A stretch of 64,000 bases of DNA from the NCBI GenBank assembly GCA_963846195.1, contig CAWJVG010000018.1:42189-106188 (forward strand). The letters are read 5' to 3'. Below the pieces are notes generated by a model, which was not told the DNA's origin, ran no database searches, and worked only from the letters and a program-made list of their open reading frames with translations. The number at the start of each line of letters is the position of its first letter. Position 1 is the first letter of the stretch. The DNA comes from an uncultured Verrucomicrobiae bacterium (GTDB lineage: Bacteria; Verrucomicrobiota; Verrucomicrobiia; Chthoniobacterales; JAFAMB01). Below are positions 19,672-30,216 of the stretch, in pieces. Both the position numbers and the translations under genes were made by a program.

Positions 19672-20786
19672 GGCGTATAGGTAATACGCAAGGTATGAGG
19701 CGAAACGATCTGCGGCTCCGAGTTCGGCATTCCGATGAGTTCCTCATAAATTGGAATGTCTGGGACAACAATCGAACCACCGTAGGTCTCTCCGGCGGCG
19801 GATACGAAATCTATGGAGCCGAAGTCGGCCAGCTGGTAATAGTGCTGTCCGTCAAACGGTCTCTCCAAAACCCATTCGATGGAGTCGCCCCGGAAGTGAT
19901 CTACGGCTCCCCCTTTTGTTGTGGGTAAAGGGATCGGCGTCGACCAGGAAATGTTTTGCGTGTAATTATAGAACTCCACGAAACCTTGACTGTCCTTTTT
20001 CGCAAATTCTAGTTTGACAAATACCATATCCCCGGCGGTTACCGGAACAGGGGCTGACTGAAATATTTGTGGATAGTTTGGAAGAGGAGGCTCGAGCCCG
20101 GGGTCCCACGCGTACCACGCTCCATAAGAGGTTGTCACGACTCCGCTGCCATCTCTACTAGCGTTGTGGCAAAAACCAGCTTGTAATACGTCGATTGACC
20201 AAGAATCGTCCGCCGCCATTCCCGGTTTATTTCGTGTCCAGGCAGCGCCGCCGAGGCCGATCCAAGATGCTGAGCGCCAGTCGCCGCTCCCAGTCGCCTT
20301 ATCAGGAGGCTTTACCTGGGGTATCGTCCAAGTCGCCCATACTGACCGAAACGCACCGCCCGGAGGCTTGTCAGGATCACCCGGTTTACCCGAGGCTCCC
20401 AGGTCTTTAGTCAAACGCGCACCACACCAATTTTGGCACCAGACGGGCGTTAGCCGAGGTGAAGCCAAGATACTCAAGCGCTGCTCGAGCCCCAAGACAC
20501 CCTTAATTAGCTGGTCCAATTCCGATTGGCCAGCCGAACGTGGAACAGCAAGGTCGCAGAAATCAACTCCGGTCTTAAAGATATGCCTATAAATAACACC
20601 TTTGCCATCCAGGCTATCTCTTAGTTCTCCTAACTTTTCTCGTGTTTCGCCTGGTTTTCCCAATATCAAATTGAGGTCGCGCACGCAAAAATCGCTAACG
20701 GGTTTGTCCGGCGTTAACTTAACCTCGGGGCGGTCTTTTGGTAAAACGAACGTCTGTTTAGCTTCAATCGATTGCTCGTCGCTCAT
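19668..20786 (-). CDS. G1 family glutamic endopeptidase with N-terminal extension
   Basis: NWCGA, SASWIGLGG, VLQAG (catalytic Q), WYAW, SIEWVLERP (catalytic E), LADFGSIDF; AGGAG RBS. Confidence 0.8.
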   Translation of the reverse strand: MSDEQSIEAKQTFVLPKDRPEVKLTPDKPVSDFCVRDLNLILGKPGETREKLGELRDSLDGKGVIYRHIFKTGVDFCDLAVPRSAGQSELDQLIKGVLGLEQRLSILASPRLTPVWCQNWCGARLTKDLGASGKPGDPDKPPGGAFRSVWATWTIPQVKPPDKATGSGDWRSASWIGLGGAAWTRNKPGMAADDSWSIDVLQAGFCHNASRDGSGVVTTSYGAWYAWDPGLEPPLPNYPQIFQSAPVPVTAGDMVFVKLEFAKKDSQGFVEFYNYTQNISWSTPIPLPTTKGGAVDHFRGDSIEWVLERPFDGQHYYQLADFGSIDFVSAAGETYGGSIVVPDIPIYEELIGMPNSEPQIVSPHTLRITYTP

Positions 20787-20832
20787 TTGCTTCTCCTTAT
20801 TATTTACTTGATAGAGGAAAATGCACTATAGA

Positions 20833-21735
20833 TCACGAAAAATAGGAACGACTAGTCTTTTCCCTCAAGGGCCGTGACGATCTCTCTTCGTTTTCTTCCG
20901 GGCGCATCCATGCCTCGACCGATCGAACGACCGCCGACCGTTTCAGGCCGACGGATGTCAAAATCCTGCGGCATTCTTCCAGTCCATCGGGGTAGAGTTG
21001 CTCCTCATGTAACTCGATAATAACGAGCCGATACTCCCAGAGGAGATCTGTCGAAGTTCTTAGAACTTCGAGTTCGCTTCCCTCGATATCCATTAACAGC
21101 ACGTTGAATGGACCATGAGCGCCATGTAAATCGGCAAGAGTTCGTTCCTGGATCGTAACTCGGCGAGAGTTATCCCGGGTGAGTACACTGCTATGAGTCA
21201 TTAGTCGATGAACCGACAAGGTGACCTCAGGTGCGGTCGCCACCGCGCAGGCCTCGATCTGAAAGTCCGCTCGATTTAGTTCTCGGTGACGTTTCAGGAG
21301 CGGGATCAGTTCTGGATTAGCTTACACAACGAGGTGATGAGTTTGCGACTCCAGCCGGGAATTCACCAGGCACGATAAGACACCTATACAGCCTCCCAAC
21401 TCGATGACGCGGTCATCGGCTCGCAGAAATCGCCGAATCAACTTCCGTTCTCCTGCTTCGTACTCTCCAAACACAAATGCCGAGCGATAGTTTCGATCAG
21501 TCAGATGAACCGGAATCTCAAATCGGCATCGGTCGACTCGGTATACCGCGCCCGTGAGATCGAAACAGAGACCAATTAATGGGCGAATGAAATGACCCGA
21601 AAAATATCCCGCCAGCTTCCGCAGCGTGGCCCAAAAAAGAAGCCATCTCAGCCATGCCAAGCTTAAGATGGTGAAGCGGTCTGGCGCCTCGAAGTCCGAC
21701 GTAAGTTTCCGTATTTGAAGGGAACTGGTATGCAT
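20833..21735 (-). pseudogene. FkbM family methyltransferase interrupted by in-frame TAA
   Basis: GEYE, VIELGGCIG, HLVV*ANPEL (stop 21322-21324 where VEANP is expected), MDIEGSE, IIELH; both parts are in the same frame. Confidence 0.85.
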
Positions 21736-21884
21736 AGGTTGTGAATGCCAGGGTTGTTTGACGAATCCGGCCCGTTGGTGCCGATTTCGTGCCCCGGTTA
21801 CCCATACAAATGATTTTTAGCGACTGAGTTTCACGTTTTTGGAAAATGATTCACGCCATTTGAGGCAGATGAATTACTGCAGCC

Positions 21885-22110
21885 TCGCGGGCCACTGAAA
21901 CTTAGCCCAGGGTTTACCCTATGGGCGCTAAGTTAAGCACTATTTTGGACGGCTCTTCGACTCGATTTTAGGGCGCAATGTCGCCCTTTCGTTTGGTGAA
22001 CAGGTGAACAAGAAACATTCAGATGACCCTTGCCACGGAGGGGCTGCATGACAAAGCCCGGGGTTTCAACCCTGGGAACGGCCGCCTTCTATCGTGTAGT
22101 GCCCTGAATG
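21885..22110. repeat. REP-like elements (AGCCCAGGGTTTACCCT / AGCCCGGGGTTTCAACCCTGGG, GCCCTGAATGGGCG)
   Basis: Two related hairpin motifs in a long intergenic region. Confidence 0.55.
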
Positions 22111-22238
22111 GGCGCGAGAATCGCGCTCAATCTCACAAAGATCGCTACTAAAAAGAAAGCCGCGTTTATCTAACAGAGTTGAAACTCAACTTAAAATTTA
22201 CTCTCAGAGAGCATCGAAGCAGCAGCACGCGATTGACT

Positions 22239-23696
22239 TCAGCTTAACAATCTCACGAGTGTCTCGCCGACTAGATTCGGATTGGCCTTCCCTTTGGAAA
22301 GCTTCATGACCTGCCCTTTCAGGAAGTTGATCGCGGCAGCTTTGCCGGCTTTGTAATCTTCGGCAGACTTGGGATTGGCGGCAATGACTTCGCTACAAAG
22401 CGATTCGATCGCTCCGACGTCACTCTCCTGTTGCAAACCTTTCTCCTCGACGATAAGACCTGGAGCTTTGCCGGTGGTGAACATTTCTGCGAAGACATCC
22501 TTCGCTTGTTTGCTGTTGATTTTCCCCTCATCGATCAGGTCGACCAAGGCGTTTAACTGTTTCGCCGGGATTGGGCACTCGCCGATTGGCTTGTTCGCCG
22601 CGCTGAGCGCGCTGAGCAAATCATTCAGAACGTAGTTGGCAATCGCCTTGGGCTTGCGTGCACCTTGCGCAGCCTGTTCGAAATAGGCCGATAAAGCCAG
22701 ATCGTCTGCCAAGACGCCTGCGTCGTATTCGCTGACCCCATAGTCACGGACGAAACGTTCGCGTTTTTCCCAAGGCAACTCCGGCAGGAGAGCTCTCACT
22801 TCATCCATGAACACTTCCGTTTTCACAGGCAAAAGATCCGGGTCGGGAAAGTAACGATAGTCGTGCGCAGATTCTTTGGTACGCATCAAAGACGTTTCAC
22901 CCAGATCATCGTCCCACCGACGCGTCTCTTGTTGCAGCATCTCGCCCCGGTCCAGGACCTCGATTTGACGGTCGATTTCATACGCCAAGGCTCGTCGGAC
23001 ACCACTGATCGAATTGAGATTTTTCAGTTCGATCTTGGTACCAAACTTCGTCTCCTCTTTCTTGCGGACAGAAACGTTGCAGTCGCAACGCAGTTGGCCC
23101 TTCTCCATGTCGGCATCGCTGACACCGCCATAGATCAACGCCTGTTTCAGCGAGGCCAAGTAGGCGAATGCCTCCTCGGGCGACGCGATATCGGGCTCCG
23201 AAACGATTTCCATCAGTGGGGTGCCAGCCCGGTTAAAATCGATTCCGCTGGTGGTATCGAAGTGAAAACTTTTCGCGACATCTTCTTCCAAATGGATGCG
23301 CACCAAACGAACTCGTTTACCAGGATGGCGGATGTTCTTCTGGACATCCTTGGGGTAAGCCATCTCATAGAGTGGAACCTCTCCTTGGAGGCAGAGTGGG
23401 GCGTCGTATTGCGAAATCTGGTAATTCTTCGGCATGTCCGGATAGAAATAATTCTTGCGATCGAATTTGCAGATCGGCGCTATCTCACACTTTAATATCA
23501 GGCCGGTCAGGGCAGTCATCTTCAGCGCCTGCAGATTCATCGCCGGCAACGCACCGGGCAGTCCGAGACAGATGGGACAGACATGAGTATTGGGCTCTGA
23601 ACCGTATTCAACGGCACAGCCACAAAACATTTTGCTCCTGGTTTTTAGCTGGACGTGTACTTCCAGCCCGATCGTCGCTACATAGTCACTCTTCAT
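22239..23696 (-). CDS. gatB: Asp/Glu-tRNA amidotransferase subunit B
   Basis: IGLEVHVQL, FDRKNYFYPD, IHLEED, NRAGTPLMEIV, DYRYFPDPDL. Confidence 0.98.
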   Translation of the reverse strand: MKSDYVATIGLEVHVQLKTRSKMFCGCAVEYGSEPNTHVCPICLGLPGALPAMNLQALKMTALTGLILKCEIAPICKFDRKNYFYPDMPKNYQISQYDAPLCLQGEVPLYEMAYPKDVQKNIRHPGKRVRLVRIHLEEDVAKSFHFDTTSGIDFNRAGTPLMEIVSEPDIASPEEAFAYLASLKQALIYGGVSDADMEKGQLRCDCNVSVRKKEETKFGTKIELKNLNSISGVRRALAYEIDRQIEVLDRGEMLQQETRRWDDDLGETSLMRTKESAHDYRYFPDPDLLPVKTEVFMDEVRALLPELPWEKRERFVRDYGVSEYDAGVLADDLALSAYFEQAAQGARKPKAIANYVLNDLLSALSAANKPIGECPIPAKQLNALVDLIDEGKINSKQAKDVFAEMFTTGKAPGLIVEEKGLQQESDVGAIESLCSEVIAANPKSAEDYKAGKAAAINFLKGQVMKLSKGKANPNLVGETLVRLLS

Positions 23697-23814
23697 GCGT
23701 GAGGCACCTGGGCGGTTATTTCTACAGTCGGTGGCAAGGAGTGGCAAGGGCGGAGACGGACCACCGGGTTCGGCGCTTTAGGCGGTGTAACCGCGGCTAA
23801 AAGCAATTTTCCCA

Positions 23815-23849
23815 ACTAGTGCACCAGTCACTGACTTGGTGCACTAGTC
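23815..23849. repeat. palindrome ACTAGTGCACCAGTCACTGACTTGGTGCACTAGT
   Basis: Flanked by CTAG on both sides; overlaps the permease TAG stop. Confidence 0.85.
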
Positions 23850-24976
23850 AAGGGTTTGCCGATAACGTTTCACCGCGATGTTCAGCATGATCGCAGCAAA
23901 GAGCATGATCGGCCAGAGTTCGCGTCCGACGTCCGCAAAACCGATTCCCTTCAACATGACTCCTCGCGCGATGCGGAGAAAATGCGTGATTGGCAGGATC
24001 TCTCCGAGAACTTGGGCCCACCATGGCATCCCGCGAAACGGGAACATGAAGCCAGAAAGCAGAATGGAAGGAAGGATCACAAACATCGCCATTTGCATCG
24101 CTTGGAGCTGTTTCCGCGCCACCGTCGAAAACGTGATTCCGAGCGCAAGGTTGGCGGCGATAAAAAAGAGCGCGGCCAGAAGCAGCAGGAGGAGATTTCC
24201 GTGGATTGGCACCTTAAACAGGAATCGCGCCACACAAAGGATGACGCCGACCTGAACATAGCCCACAACGATGTAAGGCGTAATCTTCCCGACGAGCACT
24301 TCGCTCGAGCGGCATCGCTAGAAGATTTTCCATGGTACCGCGTTCATATTCCCTGGTGATGGCAAGCGCGGTCACCATCACCATCGTCATCGTCAACACC
24401 ACGCCCCATCAGCCCGGGCACGATATTGTAGGCCGTGATTGCCTCCGGATTGTACAGGGAATGAACCCGGATATCGATCGATCTGGGCGCCGGCGCCAGG
24501 AACTCGAGGGGCCCGACAAAGTCGGCCTGGAAAGCGGTGTCGACGATACTTCCCAGAGCCTCCGCCCCGCCGGAAGTCGCCATCGGATCCGTGGCGTCCG
24601 CTTCCAGCAAAATGGCCGGCTTATCTCCCCGAAGAAGATCGTGGCTGAAATTCTGCGGGATATTGATGACGAACTGAACCTCCCCGCGCGTCAGTAGGCT
24701 TTGGCCTTCCTGCTCGGTGCCTACCAGCCTGACCAGGTCGAAATAGGTGCTGTTCTTCAAACCCTGCAGCAGGGTTCGCCCTTCCTGGCCATTATCCGCA
24801 AGAAGAACCGCAGCCGGCAGATGGCGAGGGTCCGAATTGATGACAAATCCGAACAGAAGGATTTGGACGATCGGCAGCCCAAACATGATCGCGAACGTCA
24901 TTCGGTCCCTCCGCATCTGAATAAGCTCCTTGACGATCATCGCCAGCAGCCGTCGTGGAGAGAAGCGACCTTTCAT
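23844..24976 (-). CDS. ABC-2 type permease, two frameshifts (pseudogene or assembly error)
   Basis: KELIQMRRDR..; frame change in a G run at about 24405; AITREYERGTMENLL; second change at about 24305; GKITPY..LSGFMFPFRGMP. Confidence 0.85.
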
Positions 24977-25899
24977 GAGGAATAATTGTCCTTGGAGGCA
25001 TCCATCAGATGAATGAACGCATCTTCCAATCCGGATTGTACCTGCACCCATTCATACCCGTCCTTTCGAAACGGCGCGATAGCCGTGTCTAAAGCACCAG
25101 GATCTGAACCGCTGATGTGTAACAAATTGCCAAACGCGACCGCTTGTTCGACGCCTGGCTGTCCTCGGAGCTCTTGTGCCAGCTTCGGCAGGTCCGGCCC
25201 CGATACTGACCAGGTTTTCAAATGAGTAAAAGCGATCACTTCGTCGACCGCGCCTCGGATCAAAAGGTTTCCGTAGGCGATATAAGCGAGACGATTACAG
25301 CGTTCTGCCTCGTCCATGTAGTGGGTGGTTATCAGGACGGTGAGACCCTGGGCGGCAAGATCCTGGATTTGTTCCCAGAAATCGCGTCTGGCCTTCGGGT
25401 CAACGCCTGCTGTCGGCTCGTCGAGCAGCAGAAGTTTTGGCTGATGAATTAAGCAAGCGGCAAGCGCCATCCGTTGTTTCCAACCGCCTGAAAGGGCGCC
25501 AGCCAATTGCTGCTGCCGCTCTTTCAGTCCGAGTCGCTCCAGACTTTCCTGCACGGCCTCGCGCCGGTTCGCCAAACCGTAGACGCGTGCGACAAAATCG
25601 AGATTCTCGACGATACTGAGATCTTCATAAAAGCTGAACCTCTGGGTCATATAGCCGACCTGCCGTTTTATGATCTCGCTTTCTTTGATGACATCGTACC
25701 CAAGACAAGTGCCGCTTCCCTCGTCCGCGCGGAGCAGCCCACACAGCATCCGGATGAACGTCGTCTTTCCACTGCCGTTAGGTCCGAGAAACCCGTAGAC
25801 CTCTCCCTTTTGCACCTGCAGATCGATCTTGTTGACAACGGTACGGTCACCGAACCGCTTGGTCATTCCGCTGACGTCAATGACAAGTTCTTCCGTCAT
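24973..25899 (-). CDS. ABC transporter ATP-binding protein
   Basis: GPNGSGKTT, LSGGWKQR, LLLLDEP, TTHYMDEA. Confidence 0.96.
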   Translation of the reverse strand: MTEELVIDVSGMTKRFGDRTVVNKIDLQVQKGEVYGFLGPNGSGKTTFIRMLCGLLRADEGSGTCLGYDVIKESEIIKRQVGYMTQRFSFYEDLSIVENLDFVARVYGLANRREAVQESLERLGLKERQQQLAGALSGGWKQRMALAACLIHQPKLLLLDEPTAGVDPKARRDFWEQIQDLAAQGLTVLITTHYMDEAERCNRLAYIAYGNLLIRGAVDEVIAFTHLKTWSVSGPDLPKLAQELRGQPGVEQAVAFGNLLHISGSDPGALDTAIAPFRKDGYEWVQVQSGLEDAFIHLMDASKDNYSS

Positions 25900-25903
25900 A
25901 ACG

Positions 25904-26890
25904 TCACCATTTAAATCGCGCGTCCACCGGCTGGCCTGGGTGCAGTTTTGCCGCAATCTGCGGGTCGAACGAAATTTCAACCAGAAAGACCAGCTTTTCG
26001 CGCATGTCCTGGCTGTAAATGACCGGCGGGGTGAATTCGGACTTGGCAGAAATATAGGTGATCCGGCCCTCGTACGGCGCTGCGACCCCATCGACAAAAA
26101 CGCTCACCGAATCGCCTTGATGGATCAAACCGAGTTTTTCCTGGCGGACATAGGCGCGCACTTTAATGTTTGCCGGCGGCAAAAGAACGATCACCGGCTT
26201 TCCTGCTGCGACCCAATCACCTTCCCGGTAAAGCGTATCGAAAACCAAGCCTTCTTTGGGCGAGCTTTGGCTCTTCTGGGAGAGCGACCAATCGGCGGCT
26301 GCAAGCGAGGCTTCCTGGGCCTTCAGCGCGGCTTCCGCGGCGACGATTTGATCTTCGCGCGCGCCGAGTTGCGCCGTTTCCAAAGTCGACTCAAGCTGCG
26401 TAAGACGCTTTTGATCCTGGTCACGAACGGATCGCGCGCGATCCAAGTCCTGCTTCGAAGCGACGCCCGATTTGGCGAGCAGATCCTGTCGCTCGAAGTC
26501 TTTTTGCGATAGGACTAACGCCGCCCGCGCCTGATCAATTTGGGCTTCTATCGACTCCAGTTCAGTCGGGCGCTGACCGGTTTTTGCGTCTTCCAGGTTT
26601 GCTCGAGCCTGTGTCACTTTTCTCCACGCCTCGTCACGGCCAGCCTTCTCGTAGCCGTTCTCAAGATTGAACAAAGGAGCACCCACCCGGACCTGTGCGC
26701 CTCGCGCCACGGACAAATTTTGAAGTGCCCCGGCCATCGGAGACGCGACATAGACGAACTCTCCTTCCACATATCCCTGGACAACACGGTCGTCCGGTCG
26801 ATCGCAGGAAGCCAGGAGCCCGCTGATCACGGCGACGACGATGAGCGGAACAGATCGACAGCGATGGATGAAACGCGGGCCTTTCATCAT
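25904..26890 (-). CDS. HlyD family efflux adaptor, probable lipoprotein
   Basis: LLASC lipobox-like motif, QGYVEG, coiled coil, AKSEFTPP. Confidence 0.92.
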   Translation of the reverse strand: MMKGPRFIHRCRSVPLIVVAVISGLLASCDRPDDRVVQGYVEGEFVYVASPMAGALQNLSVARGAQVRVGAPLFNLENGYEKAGRDEAWRKVTQARANLEDAKTGQRPTELESIEAQIDQARAALVLSQKDFERQDLLAKSGVASKQDLDRARSVRDQDQKRLTQLESTLETAQLGAREDQIVAAEAALKAQEASLAAADWSLSQKSQSSPKEGLVFDTLYREGDWVAAGKPVIVLLPPANIKVRAYVRQEKLGLIHQGDSVSVFVDGVAAPYEGRITYISAKSEFTPPVIYSQDMREKLVFLVEISFDPQIAAKLHPGQPVDARFKW

Positions 26891-27513
26891 GTGCGGCGGC
26901 CTTTTTCCGTCAGAACACCATTCAAAAAAGTGGAGAGAATCCGGTTCAGACATTCAGTCACCGAGAGATCGCGACTCGCGAGATGCTTGGGAACAGCAAT
27001 CGTCTCCAGGACCGCCAGCAGAACTTCGACCAGGAATTCGATCGGGATATCGTCCCGGATGTGACCGGCATCCCGCCCGCAAGCAAGAAGCTTTACGAAC
27101 GTTTTCTCGACAATTTTGCGTCGTCGCAAGACCAGGTATTCGGCAAGAGCCGGTTCTTCGCGACTGAGGTCCCGAACGAAAACCGGCTGCGCTTCGCCGG
27201 AATGTTTTTGCAAGTGAACGGTCAGCTGATGAAGCGCTTCGACGAAGTCGCCCGATTTTTCCGCGAGAATACTCCCCAGTTCATTCTCGGCTTCGTCGAG
27301 TTTCTGGGTTAGCACGCTCTTGACCAGGGCGGCCTTGCTCGGGAAATGGGCGTAGAGCGTTTTCTTGCTCATTCCCATTTCGGAGGCGAGATCGTCCATG
27401 GTGACATTTTTGAAACCGTGAGCCATGAAATGGTGACGAGCACTGGAAAGGATGCGGTGAGCGACCGGGTCGGGGGCAACGGAAGGAGAAGTGGGAAACG
27501 CATTCGGGTTCAT
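26887..27513 (-). CDS. TetR/AcrR family regulator
   Basis: GFKNVTMDDLASEMGMSKKTLYAHFPSK. Confidence 0.95.
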   Translation of the reverse strand: MNPNAFPTSPSVAPDPVAHRILSSARHHFMAHGFKNVTMDDLASEMGMSKKTLYAHFPSKAALVKSVLTQKLDEAENELGSILAEKSGDFVEALHQLTVHLQKHSGEAQPVFVRDLSREEPALAEYLVLRRRKIVEKTFVKLLACGRDAGHIRDDIPIEFLVEVLLAVLETIAVPKHLASRDLSVTECLNRILSTFLNGVLTEKGRRT

Positions 27514-27517
27514 ACTC

Positions 27518-27551
27518 TGTGGAAACTGTAATGGTTTTTAAAGTTTCCACA
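27518..27551. promoter_or_regulatory. putative TetR operator
   Basis: TGTGGAAACT-N14-AGTTTCCACA is a perfect 10-bp inverted repeat just upstream of the tetR ATG. Confidence 0.65.
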
Positions 27552-27571
27552 AGCAAAGTTTTTCCCAGCGC

Positions 27572-27661
27572 GTAAGTAAGGCGTCACGCCTTACCCGCTC
27601 CGTCAGCAAACCGTCCCGGTTTGCTCCTCTCTGAATCGGTAAGGCGAGACGCCTTACTTAC
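27572..27661. repeat. REP doublet (REPIN-like)
   Basis: GTAAGTAAGGCGTCACGCCTTACC and inverted GGTAAGGCGAGACGCCTTACTTAC, with internal hairpin AGCAAACCG/CGGTTTGCT. Confidence 0.75.
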
Positions 27662-27677
27662 TGCGGAAAGCTCACCT

Positions 27678-28772
27678 TCAAGCTTCGCCAGATACCGACT
27701 GGGCCCGCTGTCTCAGGAAATGATCACACAAAACAAGGGCCGTCATTGCTTCTACCATCGGCACAGCTCTCGGTAACACACAGGGATCATGTCGTCCGCG
27801 CGCGGAAAGCTCCGTGGCTGCACCGGACGCTGTGACGGTTTGCTGAGGTCTGAGGATCGTGGCGGTTGGTTTGAAAGCCACCCGGAAAAAGATGTTCTCG
27901 CCATTGCTGATCCCTCCCTGGATCCCTCCAGAAAAATTGGTCAGGGTGCGCACTTTGCCATCTCGAATTTCAAAAGCGTCATTGTGTTCGGCGCCAGTGA
28001 TTTGACTCCCGGCAAATCCTGACCCGATCTCGAATCCCTTGGTGGCAGGCAAACTCAGCATCGCTTTCGCAAGGTCCGCCTCCAACTTATCAAATACGGG
28101 TTCACCAAGGCCTGGGGGAATTCCCCGCACCACACACTCAATCACGCCTCCCACCGAGTTTCCTTCCTTCCGCATTGTCTTGATCAGATCTATCATTTTT
28201 GCCGCGGCCTCAGGGTCAGGGCATCGTACGATCGATCCTTCAATCGATGAGAATTCCACTTTTGCCGGATCCACTTCGGCCTCGATCCGATGGACAGACT
28301 TGACGTAGGCGACGATTTCGACTCCAGGAAGAAATTGGCGCATCACCCTCTTTGCGATCGCCGCGGCTGCGACTCGGCCGATCGTTTCGCGAGCGGAAGC
28401 ACGCCCGCCGCCCTGCCAGTTCCGAATCCCATATTTTGCCTGGTAAGTATAGTCGGCGTGGGAGGGTCGAAACGCTGATTCCATTTCGCGATAGGCTTCG
28501 GGACGCGCGTCCTTGTTCCACACCATGACAGAGATCGGAGTTCCGAGCGTGAGACCTTCGAAAACGCCGGAAAGGATCTGGCATTTGTCTTCCTCGTTAC
28601 GCGGCGAGACGATCTCACTTTGGCCGGGGCGGCGTCTGTCCAGATCAGTTTGAATATCTTCCGCAGTCAGCGGAATGCGCGGAGGACATCCATCCACGAC
28701 CGCTCCAACACCGCCCCCATGCGATTCACCCCACGTGGTTACTCGAAACAAAACGCCAAAAACCGAAGACAT
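27678..28772 (-). CDS. aroC: chorismate synthase
   Basis: [34 protein letters not shown]. Confidence 0.98.
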   Translation of the reverse strand: MSSVFGVLFRVTTWGESHGGGVGAVVDGCPPRIPLTAEDIQTDLDRRRPGQSEIVSPRNEEDKCQILSGVFEGLTLGTPISVMVWNKDARPEAYREMESAFRPSHADYTYQAKYGIRNWQGGGRASARETIGRVAAAAIAKRVMRQFLPGVEIVAYVKSVHRIEAEVDPAKVEFSSIEGSIVRCPDPEAAAKMIDLIKTMRKEGNSVGGVIECVVRGIPPGLGEPVFDKLEADLAKAMLSLPATKGFEIGSGFAGSQITGAEHNDAFEIRDGKVRTLTNFSGGIQGGISNGENIFFRVAFKPTATILRPQQTVTASGAATELSARGRHDPCVLPRAVPMVEAMTALVLCDHFLRQRAQSVSGEA

Positions 28773-29019
28773 GCCTGAACAGCCAATTAACTCGAAGCGT
28801 GCCTGGCTATCAAGCGCTGATCGTGGGCGAATCGGTCGGCCGGAAATTGGTTGCAAGCCCGGCAACCAACCTCGATTGGCTCGATACCACCAAAATACAG
28901 CCTGCGCTACGTTACGCCGACACGCCGATCCGTCTCTTCATGCGTCTGTAACCGGCTCGGTAACGTATAAAAGATACTTTCTTTGACTAACCTCGGGGCG
29001 AGAACGAAACTTGAAAACG

Positions 29020-30177
29020 ATGATTGCCCAAAAAAAGCTGACGGTACCTGAAACTTTCCCGCCATTCAGCCTTTCCCGCCTGTTGAAGACTGTCTTCAAC
29101 CCGAGCGCCGGAGAACGAGTGGCTATCTTAATTGATTTGGAGGATCCCCATGGGATCAAGGATTTCGGATTCTTAAAGAACCCGGATCTCACAATTCAGC
29201 GCCATGCGTACGAGGTCTTTTACCTTGGACTGAAGAAAGGCGTCCTGCGTGAATTAGGTCTGACCGGCGGCGAAATGTTTGCGTACAAGATGACTGGCGG
29301 CAGCAATCTGGATCTTCCTGATCTTGCGGTCGGTGTCGATGGAACGGAGCTTAGCCTCGAGAAAGATATCTATCCGAGTTACAAACTCATTCTCTGTTGC
29401 TCAACGTACTCGGCTACAGCCCCTTTAACGGCTTTCGCGAAGCAATATGGATTCAGAGGTGCCACTCTGCACGGCCTGAATCAAATCATTTTGAACAGCG
29501 GTCTCGCCGTTGACTACGATAAGGTGAGCGAGGACGCAGAAAAATTGCGTCTTGGGATGACGCGAGCTGACTGGGTCGAGATCGACTTCACATACGACCG
29601 GGAAGAATTCACCCTTCATCTCGATCTTGGCAAGCAAGAAGCGCAGAAAAGCCACGGCCTCTGCCGCGGCGGTCCAGACGTCGCCAATTTGCCGGCTGGC
29701 GAGATTTATTATGTACCGACTGGGGCTTCGGGCCAGTTCCCGCTCAAGTTTGAGGATGGCACAATTGGCCTTATGACCGTCAAACAGGGTCGCATCGCTG
29801 AATCGACTCTTCTGAAGGGCAGCCAGCGGACCATCGACGAATATCAACGCAAGGTTGAATCTGATCCGGCGACGGGCGAATTGGGCGAGCTTGGCTTTGG
29901 GACCCAGCTTCTTCCTGTTTCCGGGCGCGATATTCAAGACGAGAAGGTGCTTGGAACGATGCATGTCGCCACCGGGCGAAGCGATCATTTAGGCGGACAT
30001 CTCACGCCGGCGAACTTTAAAGACAAGAAAAATGCGACCCATGAAGATATCTTGTTTGCTCCGCATAAGACTCCGGAAATCAATGTACCGCAGGTGCGCA
30101 TGCAGCGAAATGGAGAGACGGTGGTGCTGATCGAGAATTTCGAGCCTGCAACTTACATGGTGGATCTCCTCCGCTAG
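29020..30177 (+). CDS. M29-like (aminopeptidase T family) metallopeptidase
   Basis: NLPAGE, GELGFG, DEKVLGTMHVATG, HEDI. Confidence 0.7.
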   Translation: MIAQKKLTVPETFPPFSLSRLLKTVFNPSAGERVAILIDLEDPHGIKDFGFLKNPDLTIQRHAYEVFYLGLKKGVLRELGLTGGEMFAYKMTGGSNLDLPDLAVGVDGTELSLEKDIYPSYKLILCCSTYSATAPLTAFAKQYGFRGATLHGLNQIILNSGLAVDYDKVSEDAEKLRLGMTRADWVEIDFTYDREEFTLHLDLGKQEAQKSHGLCRGGPDVANLPAGEIYYVPTGASGQFPLKFEDGTIGLMTVKQGRIAESTLLKGSQRTIDEYQRKVESDPATGELGELGFGTQLLPVSGRDIQDEKVLGTMHVATGRSDHLGGHLTPANFKDKKNATHEDILFAPHKTPEINVPQVRMQRNGETVVLIENFEPATYMVDLLR

Positions 30178-30216
30178 CCTGTACGAATTACCTCCGGCAG
30201 CCACCGGACCGAAGGC

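Noticed and set aside
21322..21324. Recoding or readthrough of the FkbM stop
   Set aside because: The codon is TAA, not a Sec or Pyl codon, and TAA ends other genes here normally.
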